Shown here piece by piece: positions 38,483 through 50,510 of a stretch of DNA of 64,000 bases. Source of the DNA: Carcharhinus longimanus (lineage: Eukaryota); contig JASCQW010000027.1 in assembly GCA_030264375.1 (NCBI GenBank), positions 76,141,640 to 76,205,639 on the forward strand, written 5' to 3'. The translations under genes were made by a program, and so were the position numbers. The notes beneath the pieces are model-generated. The model was not told where the DNA came from. It did no database searches and saw only the letters and a program-made list of their open reading frames with translations. Position 1 is the stretch's first letter, and each line of letters starts with the position of its first letter.

Positions 38483-38819
38483 ATAGAATCCCAATAATGC
38501 AGAAGGAGGCCATTCCTCCCACCGAATCTGCACCAACAACAATCCCACCTAGGCCCTATCCCTGTCACCTCACGTATTTACCGTGCTAATCCCTCCAACC
38601 AATGCATCCTGGGACACTAAAGGGCAATTTAGCATGGCCAGTGCACCGAACCCACACATCTTTGGACAGTGAGAAGAAACTGGAACACCTCGAGGAAACT
38701 CATGCAGACCCTGGGAGAATGTCCAAACTCCACACAGACAGTACCCAAGCCAGGAATCGAATCCAGGTCCCTGGAGCTCTGAGGCAGCAGTGCTAACCAC
38801 TGCGGCACTGTGCTGTCCC
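38483..38819 (-). mobile_element. tRNA-derived V-SINE (HE1-like)
   Basis: Same architecture as 25016-25346: A/B boxes, V-domain and CR1-like tail. Confidence 0.88.
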
Positions 38820-39458
38820 TCATAAGGACAACATATTTCATCTCCAAAAGAGCCTTAATATTTTTATGACAATCTGGTGGTTTCATGATCATTATTAATG
38901 GACTAGTTTTTTTGTTCCCAATTAATTAGGATTTGAACCAATTTCTCCAGAAAATAAGTTCAAATCTCAGGATTGCTCATCCAGTAACATTGCCACTATG
39001 CAATTGTTTCCCTTAGTAATGAAAAAGAACATTCTCTAGACTGGCAGCTGGCTTAAGGTGTTTAGGTCTGGGATGCTGTGAGGAAATCAAGCCCATTTTC
39101 AGCCCATCTCAGTGAAGAATTGTAATTGTGCCTAGTCAGCAATGACTGAGATGTTATGTTCTGACATTTCTGTCCTTTCCCATGTGCCTCTTTCACATCA
39201 GAGGGTGAAGTTGCCTGCCTGCTCTCAAATGTTTGCATCATTATTGCCCTGTCTGGTTTATCCTCTTCTTTCCTGGTGGCTTCTGGTTAGGGATGATATC
39301 CCAGCATTCCTGTAATCAGGAAGTCAACATACTGGGGAGTATCAACCCTGCATGTTATATTTTATTACCTTGGTTGTCCAATGCACTTTACACCAAATGA
39401 ATAGATTTTGAAATTCGTAAAATGTGGACTTTAACAGAATTCAAACTTGTTTTGACAG

Positions 39459-39646
39459 AAAGCAGGGAAAGGGATTCAGAGGAGGGATCACAAACAGGAC
39501 AGGATCCATCCCTGTGGAATGCTGTTTTCCAAAACGTTTGTTATTCAGCTAGTGAGGAGAAGGCATTGGAATTATGTGGTGGAGAACCTGGAAATATCTC
39601 ATTGTCAACAGTCAAAACATTGTTAGAAGTTTTGTGCGATGAATCT
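39459..39646 (+). CDS. DRC1: DRC1 exon 11
   Basis: (E)SRERDSEEGSQTGQD...NISLSTVKTLLEVLCDES, with the conserved LCDES end; GTGAGT donor. An in-frame alternative acceptor 21 nt upstream (exon start 39438) is possible. Confidence 0.88.
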
Positions 39647-39897
39647 GTGAGTCTTTTCGTTGTTCCGTGAATGCAGAATTTCATTTAATAAGACATAATT
39701 GTTTCACCTGTTGAATAAGAATGGCTTCTGCCTCAATTCTTTACTCACAATGGAATGATGTTAGCGGTCGCATGACTACAAGCCACAGTACGCAGCAGAC
39801 AACCATGCATGAAGGAATTCCTCTAAACATCCCCCTTTTCACAAAAAGGAAAAAACTAATTGCATGCACTATCATTTGCTGGTTACCCACATAGATG

Positions 39898-41051
39898 GGA
39901 TGGAATTTTACATTCTGTACACAGCGTGCTGGCTGGGATGAGAAAACTGGTCTACAGCTGTCCAGTTTCTCTGGCACTTTGTGCACAGAAAACCTGAGTG
40001 CATGGTTTTTGGGTGGGGCCTGATAGAGCTGGTGATGCCAGCTCTACAGAAATTGGGCCGACCTTCTGAAAGGGTGCCCTGATCTGCGTTAAAACAAAAC
40101 TCCCTCTGCACTCCTACAGATGTGGGATTCCTGCACACACTGCCACCGCCCCCGCCTCCCCCACCCCCACCAGATTGGTGTTTCCAGAGTCTTGCCTGGG
40201 CATGTTCCTACCCTATACTTACTGTGAGGGCAAAGTCTCTGCTTGTCCTCCACCTTGTCTTGGCTTGCTCACATTTGTTGTGTGCCAGCTTGGCCTGTAT
40301 TAAAACAAAAGAAAGACCTGTGATCAGAGAAGATGGAGCGGAGTTTGCATGAAATGCATGTCCCCTGTGTGTGATGAGCCCTCCTCAGAAAGGCCAGAGA
40401 ATAGAGTGGAGCAACACAACAGATGGGATGGTGGTGATATGAAAGTGGCTGTCAGAGAATGAGTATTGACATGTGACCCTGCTAATGGATGTGTGAGATT
40501 CGTGAAGAAAGTAAATGCTTGAGTACATGATTCTGTATTGAGAGTTTGAAACTGCAGGGAGTAGGGATGGGGCATACTCTGGCACAGCAGTTGAGACCAT
40601 CAGTATGCTTCCTGCATTGTGTAATGCTTCTGCCAGATGTGCTCAGCTCCTGGGCAATGACCTCCCAGGCTGGGAAGATGAGATTGTTGTGCTTCCTTGA
40701 GCCATCTTTGGACAAGCCTTTGCACTCCCATTCCTCAAGTTAAGGCCTCAAGGATATGGTGGTTTAAACAGGGTGCAAACTTCTTCTTGGGCCTCCAGCC
40801 TTTTGCCTCTGGGTTGCTGACATCCTGCATGGTCTTGTGAAGACAAATGAGGTGGAAAGAGTGGTGGCGAGACCTTCAAACCTGCCAGTTGACAATGGAC
40901 AAACAGATCAGCTCCTGACCCACGAAGTGATTTGGAAATGCTTGCTCATGCATAAATAGTGAGGCCCCAAGCTCATGTCATTCCAGGCAGTGGAAGTGGC
41001 TGCTGGAACCGCCCATCACCATACTTAAGAAAAAAATGGAGAATTCTGTCC
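39898..41051 (-). mobile_element. Harbinger-derived element with Myb/SANT-like ORF remnant
   Basis: Termini ggatggaattt / agaattctgtcc. Minus-strand KKFAP...LEAL.EE...DGSRKH...AWEVIAQELSTSGRSITQCRK resembles the Myb/SANT-like DNA-binding protein of PIF/Harbinger. Confidence 0.6.
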
Positions 41052-41059
41052 ACGGTGTC

Positions 41060-43939
41060 TGCTGGGTTGATAACTGCCAAAACTTGATGTGCTGTTGCTT
41101 TTCATTGAATTTGGAAAATTTCACACGCTACACTCATGTCATCATTTTCCTCTTGGCAGTATGTTGGTGCTAAACATCTGCTTTCCTTGCTTGTACTTCA
41201 CTTCAAAATGATATCTCTGCAAACAAAGTAACATTTTTCGCAGACACCTTGGAACAGAGAAGCTTTGAAGTGGCTTGTGGTCAGTCTCTACTGTCACTTT
41301 GTCTCAAATCGGTACTGATTAAAATACTCACAGCAAAGAGAATAGCCTAGCATTCTTTCTCAATCTGTGTGTAGCATTGTTCAATTTGCTCTAGCACTCT
41401 GGATATAAATATGACTGGTTGTCCTTGCTGCACGAGGCTTGCTCCAAGTCCAGTTTCACTGGCAAATGACTGCAGAGTGACTTTATCTTTGACATTGTCA
41501 TAGCTCAGATTGGTGTTGTCGTCACTACTTGTTAGATGTGAATGAAAGCTGCTGCTTATTCTGTAACCCAATGCCATCTTGCATGTGGGTTCCCATTCAG
41601 ATGACAAACTAGGCAACAACTTTGCTAGGTAGTTCTCAAATCCTACAAATCATTGCACCACCTTCACATCTGTTGGCTGCTGCATCTCTGCTACAGCTCA
41701 CACCCTTACCAGGATCTTGAAAAACTCCTTTTGCTAGTACATAACCTATGTGCTTTACTTCAGTCATTGTCATTTGCTGATTTTTCTCATTCAGTTTCAG
41801 GTTCATCTGGTGAACTCTCTCTGTCTCACAAAATTCTAACCATGGTCTGCAATGGCTTCTTCCATCATATCTTCACATCTTTTGAATAGCAAATCATCCA
41901 CGACTACTTCCACTCTTAGAAGATCATTACCTATGTTTTGCTGTTGACATTGATATTCTACTGGAGCACTAGAAATGCCAAACAACATATGCGACCATCT
42001 GCCCATCCAGAATATAGTCTTAAAACTGCTGCTTTCATCCACCTTCACTTAACCAGTATCTACCCTTTGCATCTTTGCCTTGGAATTTTCTTCCAATGGT
42101 TGGCATGAGGTACTGAGATCTCGCCAAAGCTTTATTGAATTCCTATGGATCAGTACACACTCTCTGCAGTCCAGGTTTTTTCACTGCTGCCATGCTGCTT
42201 ATTGAATCGGGTTTTGAGTACTCCCACCTTTTTAAACTTTTTATTTTGCCTTTCAGGCTGGACTTGAGGGCAGTTTTAACTCTCCTTGGTCTCGCATCCC
42301 GATTCCTTCAAAATAATATTCAACAGGAAGACATTAAAGCTCAAGAAAACATATTTGTAATTTGTCAGGATCTGTTTAGCAGTCAATGTCTTGATGCCAT
42401 GCAAAACACTCTAAATCTTTTCTGGTACATGGAGAGTCATCAGTCCAAGCTTGTGACTTACTTCAGCTGAGATGAGGGGACATTGCTCAGAGTCCACTCT
42501 TTGAAACTGCAGACCTTTTTCTTCTTCATTGCATTGAGCCCTCAACCTAGTTTTTCCTCTTGGATTGAGAATCGGTTCATCATATAACCTCGACTTTATC
42601 TTTAACTGCTTCATTTTCAGATCTTCAGCTAGAGTAACTTCACAAACATCTGTGAAGCTCATGGTGTGTGTTACACCAGTGTCACCTTAAACTTCACATT
42701 AATCAATACACTTTTTTTGCNNNNNNNNNNCAAATCATTTTTACCTTGAAACTTGGTAGTGCCAACCTGTTCTAGGGTGTAGAGTAATCAGTCAGAATCA
42801 TTGTCTGATATCTCTCCAGCAACTATCTTTATAGGCTTGCTTTTCTTCTTTCCAGTAAAATACTTGCGTGCAAAGTGATTCAGCATTGTTCTCCCCATGC
42901 TAGGTGTGCTTCCTTTTCTTTTTTGTGGTGTCCTCCATGATATTTACGTCCACTATCCAGTTATGATTTTTCTGCTGGCCTTTCTGTAAAAGTTTTTCCT
43001 TTTTTCCATTTCTTGTCCTTGGAAGTCCTGAACTGTCTTTCAGCATACTGCAAAGCCTAGTCAGGTCTCCCATCAATACTTTTCAGCTGATGATTGACCA
43101 CTTCAGAGCTTCTGCATGTGTCAGTAGCTTTCTTGTTTCTGTTCTCTCAAGTTTATTTGTTCTTGCAGCAGGATATTTTGATTGTAATCTGATCAGATTA
43201 GCCTTCAGTTGCTCAAACTCACAAGATTAAGTTAGATGTCTCAATACAGTCACACACTGATCAATAATATCCCTATCTTTCTGAGCTCTGATGTTGAGTA
43301 CATAGCCTTCGTGAATAGCATTAATAGAGTGATCAAACTGGGTCTTTAAGGCCTCCAAAATTTCACCAGATTATTTTTTTTCTGCTCCTCAGTGAGATTT
43401 GCACCCTTTGCCCAGCACTAATAACATGATTTCTATTCTTATCTGTTCAGTTTTCTTGTTNNNNNNNNNNNNNNNNNNNNNNNNNNNNNNNNNNNNNNNN
43501 NNNNNNNNNNNNNNNNNNNTGAACTCTCCTTTCATCTCCACTGAAGCTGGTATTGATGCCATACTGACTCACCCGGCAGTCAAAGTTGAAAACTGACGTT
43601 TTAATTATTCTCTGCTCATTCTTACAGCAGCTGGTTCTTGCTGCTATCAAAATCCACTCAAATTCAGCTGTACATTGCTGACACCATGTTTCACATGTTG
43701 ATTAAAAATGGTTTTTGCTTTAATCCTTTACTCATAAAGGAATGACATCAGGGCTCACTGCAAGAATTTTACTGCCTCGCCTGCCAGAGGCACGTAAGAT
43801 CCCACCCAAGGCCAACGGAGAATGCTGTTCTGCGAGCATTGCCCACCCTGATTCCAGGGCATGCTATAAAGTTCTGGCACACATGATTCAGATCACACAA
43901 CTATGACAAGCCATAGTGCAGAACAACCAACCATGAACA
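41060..43939 (-). mobile_element. Ty3/Gypsy LTR retrotransposon remnant (5' LTR?-PBS-gag-PR-RT-RNase H; integrase and 3' LTR absent)
   Basis: Minus strand: ...gaaaCA|TGGTGTCAG PBS-like junction (43678-43690); decayed knuckle ...NHFARK; protease GDTGV; RT FGISSAPVEYQ and VVVDDLL; RNase H ASETGLGASLVQQGQPV...YTQIEKEC and VETDHKPL. Many stops and frameshifts. Confidence 0.85.
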
Positions 43940-45037
43940 AAGCCATTTCTTCAAATAATAATTGTGCTATAGAATCTCACTTCTCAGTGCAGTGTGCTCC
44001 CAGTGTCCTGTACTGGGTAATTAATAAAGCTCTTATATGCATTGAACTGTTTCCACCAGATAATTCATACAAGTGTTATGTATACAACATAATAAGGTAG
44101 AGTTCCAGCAAGGGTGTGTTGATATTTCCAGTGCAATTCACCAAAAATCAATTGAGAAATTTTAAGTGCAAGTGACGTTGAACTCATTATATTTCTGCTA
44201 TAGTTGACACTAGGTTAAAAGATATCATATACCTTTGATATCATAAAAGATATCATATACCTGTCCGCAAAACTTCCAAACCCCAAGTCAAATTAATTAT
44301 CATGCCTTGTTTCGATTGTGGATCTTTCAGGAATTTGATAAAATTGTGCCTTTAGGTACAAGAGCACAGACAGACACTTATTTAAAAAAAAATTGGATTT
44401 ATGATTAAGAAAAATTAATTGACTACTGTATATCAAGAAATTAGTAAATTATTTTGTGTGGTTTTTTTAAAAGGCAGTTGCAATTATTTAAAATTCAGTT
44501 TCTCAGATGATGAACTAAAATTAAAAATGCTGATTTTCTACCATATTAATAAAATTGGATCAGACTACCGCTCTTACATTTATCAAAGAATATTTTTCAA
44601 TGAAAAAAATTAAATTCTATAACGCTGCCTAATTTTGCTGTTTCTCAAACGATTTTATGTTTGTTACTATACTAATGATTTTGAACAGAAATTTGAACCA
44701 GCAAACAAATTTGGAAAATGGTGCAATTTGGAGTGTTATTTGCCCCCAAAGTGGAAACTATCCCAAATATTCTAAGTTGAATATGAAATGCATGTGACAA
44801 GTCAATGCCAGGTTATGAAGAACTTTGATCAAGGGTCGGATAAAGTTTGGATTTTTGAATTATAAGCACCATTCTGTTGGTACAATATTTCAGCAAGAAA
44901 ATAAGGAAATGAAATGCAGATTTATACCAGTTACAAGACAGTTGTGTTAATTCCATGTGTAATATATTAATTTGCATTGAATTCCCTTCTGCACTGCTAC
45001 AGTTAGAACATAAAACAACATTTTCTTATTTTGACAG

Positions 45038-45127
45038 GGTTTCCTGATTGAAAGCAAGCTGCTTAAAATTATTGCTCCCCTCAAGAAAGATGAACGATAT
45101 CTAATAAAACTGGATGCCATATTTGCA
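45038..45127 (+). CDS. DRC1: DRC1 exon 12
   Basis: GFLIESKLLKIIAPLKKDERYLIKLDAIFA; gacAG / GTAAGA. Confidence 0.95.
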
Positions 45128-45479
45128 GTAAGAGTTACAGATCTTCATGGGGACATTTCCATGCAGCCTTTAGATGTTCTGTCTGATTTTGATTCTTTCA
45201 CATTGCTAAGATTGGCTAGTGCATCATGAAACTGATAGTGGAAATACAATGGGTACCTTAACCCTCCTAGTTTATCTAATTACTGAGTTGTTACTCTGCA
45301 AAATATGTACTTAAAGGAAGAAAATTGCATGGCTAGATACCATTGCTGACAGGTTCAATATTCATACAGTTCTTTAAAGCTGTTAATATTTTTCCTTTTA
45401 TACTTCAATAAAGTCCATTTGTGACCACCTAACCATCTGCTGCCCATGCTTGACTGTTGTCATCAGTCATTTATTTTGG

Positions 45480-47055
45480 TAGAAAAAGTGAGGAGAGGCA
45501 AAATTAATGAAATTGTATAATTCTAAAAGGGTTGCAGAGACAGAGGGACCTGGGGTGTATTTATACAAATCTTTGAAGGCAATAGGACAGGGTGAAAAAG
45601 CTGTTACAAAAAATATGTGGGGATCCTTTCCTTTATAAATAGAAGTATAAAGTAAAAAAGGAAATTGTACTGACCCTGGTTTGGTTCCAGTGGAGTATTG
45701 TGGCCAATTCTGGGCATCATACTTTAGGAAACATGTCAAGGCCTTAGAAAGGTTATAGAGGATATTTATTAGAATGACACGAGAATGAATGACCAATTAC
45801 TTTGTGAGACTGAAGAAACTGGGGTCATTCTTCTTAGAGCAGAAAGGCTGAAGGGAAATATGTACAAAACCACAAAGGGTTTTAATAGAACAAATAAGGA
45901 GAAAACTGAATAAACTGGGCTTGTACTCGTTAGAGTTTAGAAGAATGAGGGGAGATCTCANNNNNNNNNNNNNNNNNNNNNNNNNNNNNNNNNNNNNNNN
46001 NNNNNNNNNNNNNNNNNNNNNNNNNNNNNNNNNNNNNNNNNNNNNNNNNNNNNNNNNNNNNNNNNNNNNNNNNNNNNNNNNNNNNNNNNNNNNNNNNNNN
46101 NNNNNNNNNNNNNNNNNNNNNNNNNNNNNNNNNNNNNNNNNNNNNNNNNNNNNNNNNNNNNNNNNNNNNNNNNNNNNNNNNNNNNNNNNNNNNNNNNNNN
46201 NNNNNNNNNNNNNNNNNNNNNNNNNNNNNNNNNNNNNNNNNNNNNNNNNNNNNNNNNNNNNNNNNNNNNNNNNNNNNNNNNNNNNNNNNNNNNNNNNNNN
46301 NNNNNNNNNNNNNNNNNNNNNNNNNNNNNNNNNNNNNNNNNNNNNNNNNNNNNNNNNNNNNNNNNNNNNNNNNNNNNNNNNNNNNNNNNNNNNNNNGAGG
46401 GAGCTGGGGCTTTTCTCTTTAGAGTGGAGGAGGATGAGAGGCGACTTAATAGAGGTTTATAAGATGATGAGGGAGATGGAGTGGATGTGCAGAGACTATT
46501 TCCTCGTGGATGTAGCTGTTACTAGGGGGCATAACTGTAATGTTCATTGTGGGACATATAGGAGGGATGTCCGAGGTAGGTTCTTTATTCAGAGAGTGGT
46601 TGGGGTTTGGAATGCACTGCCTGCTGTGATAGCAGTGTCAGACACTTTAGGAATTTTCAAGCAGTTATTGGATAGGCACATGGAACATTCCACAATGATA
46701 GGGAAAGGAATAGCTTGATCTTGGGTTTGGGCATAGCTTGGCGCAACATCGAGGGCTGAAGGGCCTGTACTGTGCTGTACTGTTCTGTGTTCTATTAAGG
46801 GCATTTAAATGGCCATTGGATAAACGTATGGATGATATTGTAAAAATGTAGGTTAGATGGGCTTTACATTGGTTTCACAGATCGGTGCAACATCGAAGGC
46901 CGAAGGGCCTGTACTGTGCTGTTATGTTCTTAAAAAAAAACAAATATTTTGTAAAGCAATGAAGAAGGAACAGGGGAATTGGGCTAGCTGTATAGCCTTT
47001 CAAATAATCCAGAAAGGCCTGATGGGCCAAATCACTACCATCTGTGCTCTGTGAT
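45480..47055 (+). mobile_element. Nested CR1 cluster (old copy with at least two younger 3' ends inserted)
   Basis: QRDLGVY / EYCxQFWA remnant; LGLYSLEFRRMRGDL; gap; ELGLFSLEWRRMRGDLIEVYK...FFIQRVVGVWNALP; two consecutive tails at ~46743-46790 and ~46887-46930. Confidence 0.85.
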
Positions 47056-48294
47056 TTTCTTGAATACCAAAATAGACAAATTCAATTTTCCTTCTCGTGC
47101 CTCATTAATTAACCAAAACTGGGGCAGCTTGCAGTATTTGTTGTGAGATTACTGATTAGTGCAATTCGAGCAATGTTAAGCAATTTAATTGTTTAATTCC
47201 TAGACTGCTAAAGCTCTGTGATGTGTATCAATTCTCAAGCAGCCTTGGTAAGGGCATAATCTCAAATTCAACAAATATTGATGGAAGATTTCTAGAATAC
47301 AGTTGGTCAGACCAATGTAGACATTAAGATTTGGAAATGGATAGGGCATATATTATTATATCCTAATGCAGACAAGAAAGACTAGACTTGTAGGAAGATA
47401 ATAACACTGGGGTAGATTGCAAACACATTTAATTAGAAACGGCATTCTTTTACAGTGCAGTACATTGAATAAAATTCCAAAAGAAAGAGAAAATCAGTAA
47501 GTTCCATTTAGGTAGAAGAGATATCACTTATTTATATGATTGAATGTTTGCCACCTTCCTTTGGAAAAGATTAATAATGGTTAATAATATATGTTGTGTA
47601 AGGTTATGATGTTTGGTCAAAGGGGGAAGGTCAAGTAAATTTAATTTATAATTGGTAATTTTGAGAATTGCCAAGTCAAAAAATTTCTTTTCCATTCTCA
47701 GGTATACTGCCTGACAGATGTCTGATGGCAAATGTTTGATCATAAGTCTATGATTTACTCAGTAAGAGATTCCCAAGCATATGTACTTTGGAGTTATTAA
47801 ATTATATTTATTGTGAGTGCTGCAAAGAATCAATTAAATCTGATATAAAAAGCAAAAATGAGCAAGTACATTATCATGAGAAATAGTGTGTAAACAGTGA
47901 AAAGCATATACGATGACCATGGGCCAAAAACAAAAAGAAATTCCAAATTTATAAACATGGTTTTCATAGTACATTTTCTGTGCTTTTAAATATCATTTGG
48001 TTACATCTGAGATGTGATTTACAACACTTGAATATTCCGTGAATATTACAAATCATTTTAGCATCCTGGAAATATTTAGCCAAGTAATGAGGTCTTAATT
48101 TTGATCTAAAAACTACCCTCGATTTCTTCAAGCCCTGATGAAATCCTATGACAGATTTTAAATCATGTTTGAAAATATGGAACTACACTATTTTGTCATT
48201 TTCTATCTGTTCCAAAAAGGTTTTTCAAATATTGAAACTTTGTTAGGTCAAAGAGCAGTACAAAAATAAGTTCCAATACACTACAGGAATTCAC

Positions 48295-48590
48295 CAAGTT
48301 TCCTTAGGCAGTAATTTCCAACTCAAGACTATTGCCATCTAGAAGGACAAGAGCAGCAGATACCTGGGAACACCACCACCTGGGGGTTCCCCTCCAAGTC
48401 ACTTACTATCCTGACTTGGAAATATATCACCATTCTTTCACTGTCGTTGGGTCAAATCATGAAATTCCCCCCCTAACGACACTGTGTGTGTACTTGCATT
48501 TCAGAGACTGCAGCAGTTCAAGAAGGCATCTCACTGCCACCACCACCTGAACAGCAACTAGGGATGGGTAATAAATGCTGGCAATGCCCA
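48295..48590 (+). mobile_element. 3' end of an abundant non-LTR retrotransposon family (clade unresolved)
   Basis: Ends gggatgggtaataaatgctggc; reverse-oriented ends of the same family at ~14960-15020, ~20850-20930 and ~38325-38400. Confidence 0.55.
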
Positions 48591-48933
48591 CTTTTCTTTC
48601 GATATCTCATCAAATTGTCTAATTGAAAACTGACACAATTTCCAGCTAGCCCATATAAAGGAAGAGAGAATGAATCAGTTCATGGAATGTTATGGTTTTG
48701 GTTTTCAAAGGTATCATCACATGTAAATAACGTGATTTGGAGGAAGTGGAAGCCTGACAGACTCCACTGTTACTAAATTTAAATAATACTTTCTTAAGGC
48801 TATCAAATATTCTAACTGAAGGTGCACTAAACCTGAGAGAATGAAATTCGGTGCATATCTAACTGAAAGTTAACTGACATATCTAACTGAAAGTTTGTAA
48901 AGGAAATTCTGATTAATTTCTCACTTTATGTAG

Positions 48934-49023
48934 GCTTTGGGATTAGAAAATGAAGATGATATCATCAAATTGACAGAGTTCTTCATAAAGCATTGTAAAA
49001 TGTCTAAAGTTGAAGTAGATAAG
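48934..49023 (+). CDS. DRC1: DRC1 exon 13
   Basis: ALGLENEDDIIKLTEFFIKHCKMSKVEVDK; gtAG / GTAAGA. Confidence 0.93.
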
Positions 49024-49464
49024 GTAAGACATCAGCAACTTCAGAATCAAATTTAAGTGCACATTCGATTTATGGTTGTAATTGTTCTCTGAAAGGAATG
49101 CATGGGATTCCATTGTTGAGGATTTTAAAAAATAATATTTTGAATAAACAATTCTTTTTAATTCAGGTTTTATGTTAATGTGTGGGGTGTACTTTTATGG
49201 AAAATTAAAATTCATGTGGAAAAGCATAAATATTTTGCTTGATCAGATGGATGGTGTGATCTCCTGCAGATTTGTTGACAACTGGTATACTATATACATA
49301 GGTTTAAGATAGATTAACATTACTATTTAAATTGTAAAATTGGCAGTCGTCCACTTGAATATGGGTGAATATTGCTCAAGTCTTTCTGCCCTGCCCAGCA
49401 CCAGTGGGGCAGAGAGGTCCCTGTCTCTGCCTATATTTCACACTCTGGGATTATTTAAAAATGT

Positions 49465-50510
49465 GGGGCAGGTATCCTTGGGTCAGTGGTAACACTCTTG
49501 CCTCTGAATCAGAAAGTCTTGAATTTGCACCCCACTCCAGAGAGTTTGTTATGTATGCTGTGCAGTCCTGAGAAATTGCTATACTGATAGAAGTATCATC
49601 TCCAGAATAAGATGTTAAACCAAGATATCTGCTCTCTCAGAGGGATCTGAGATCTTGGTTAAAATTCAAAGAGTGGAGGAGTTCTCTCAATGTTCTGGCC
49701 TGGCTAATATTTATCCCTCAACAGATAACCTAATTTTCACATCATTGTTGTTTATAAGACCTTGGACAGAATTTAACACGTGGTAGCATCTCCCCAACCC
49801 ACCACTGTAGGGTTATGGGGAATGCATGCAAGATGATACTGGCTGCCCCTTCTGTCAAATAATGCTCAGTAGAGTATTAATTGACTTGATGCAAGACACT
49901 GCCTCTCATTTAGGCCAAGTCAGACCACCATGGTTGGGTCTACCAGCAAACCTCAGATTCTACATTGAGTCCAGGATGAGTTAATGGTCTCATGGCTGAG
50001 ATGGGAGGTGAGGCTCAGAACGGGTAGGGAGCAATGGAGCTCTTGATGGAGAAGTATTGGACGGAAAGAGCAGTTGACGGGGGCGGGGGTAGCGGGATGG
50101 GGGCAGACCTTGCAGGGGAAGACTGATGAGGAAATGGGGCTCTTGAGGGAAGTGCCTCTCACTCTAGCCACCCAAAGCTTGAGCAGAGTGACCTACTGGG
50201 CTTCCTCTCCTTGCCTGTAATCTCTCTCCAGCCTAAACAATAATGCTAGGCAGAAAGTTGACCTTTTAAGGAACTATTAATTTGGATGATGGCAGGCAGG
50301 CTGCTCTTGGCCTTGCTGCTTTGTATAAAATGGAGGATAGATTGGGATTGGGTGGGAGGGTAGCAGTAAATCCATCTGGATAATTTAACTGATGGGTGCC
50401 ATATGTTGCCTCTTGATCTGCCCAAATTAGCTGCTGTATTTCCTATGCTTCAGTGTTTACTACATTTCAAAAGCACTTCATTAGTTGTAAAGTTGTGAAA
50501 GGTGCGAGTT
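49465..50510 (+). mobile_element. SacSINE1/Deu-domain-like tRNA SINE interrupted by a GC-rich insertion (~49763-50390)
   Basis: tRNA-like head (gggtcagtggtaacactcttgcctctgaatcagaa), Deu-like core (gatgttaaaccaaga...gttctctcaatgttctggcc...aatatttatccctcaac), and an L2-type tail after the insertion. A related minus-strand remnant lies at ~63590-63810. Confidence 0.6.

Noticed and set aside
44217-44262. Short local duplications (aaaagatatcatatacct x2; also catatctaactgaaagtt x2 at ~48853-48895)
   Set aside because: Ordinary slippage duplications with no further structure.
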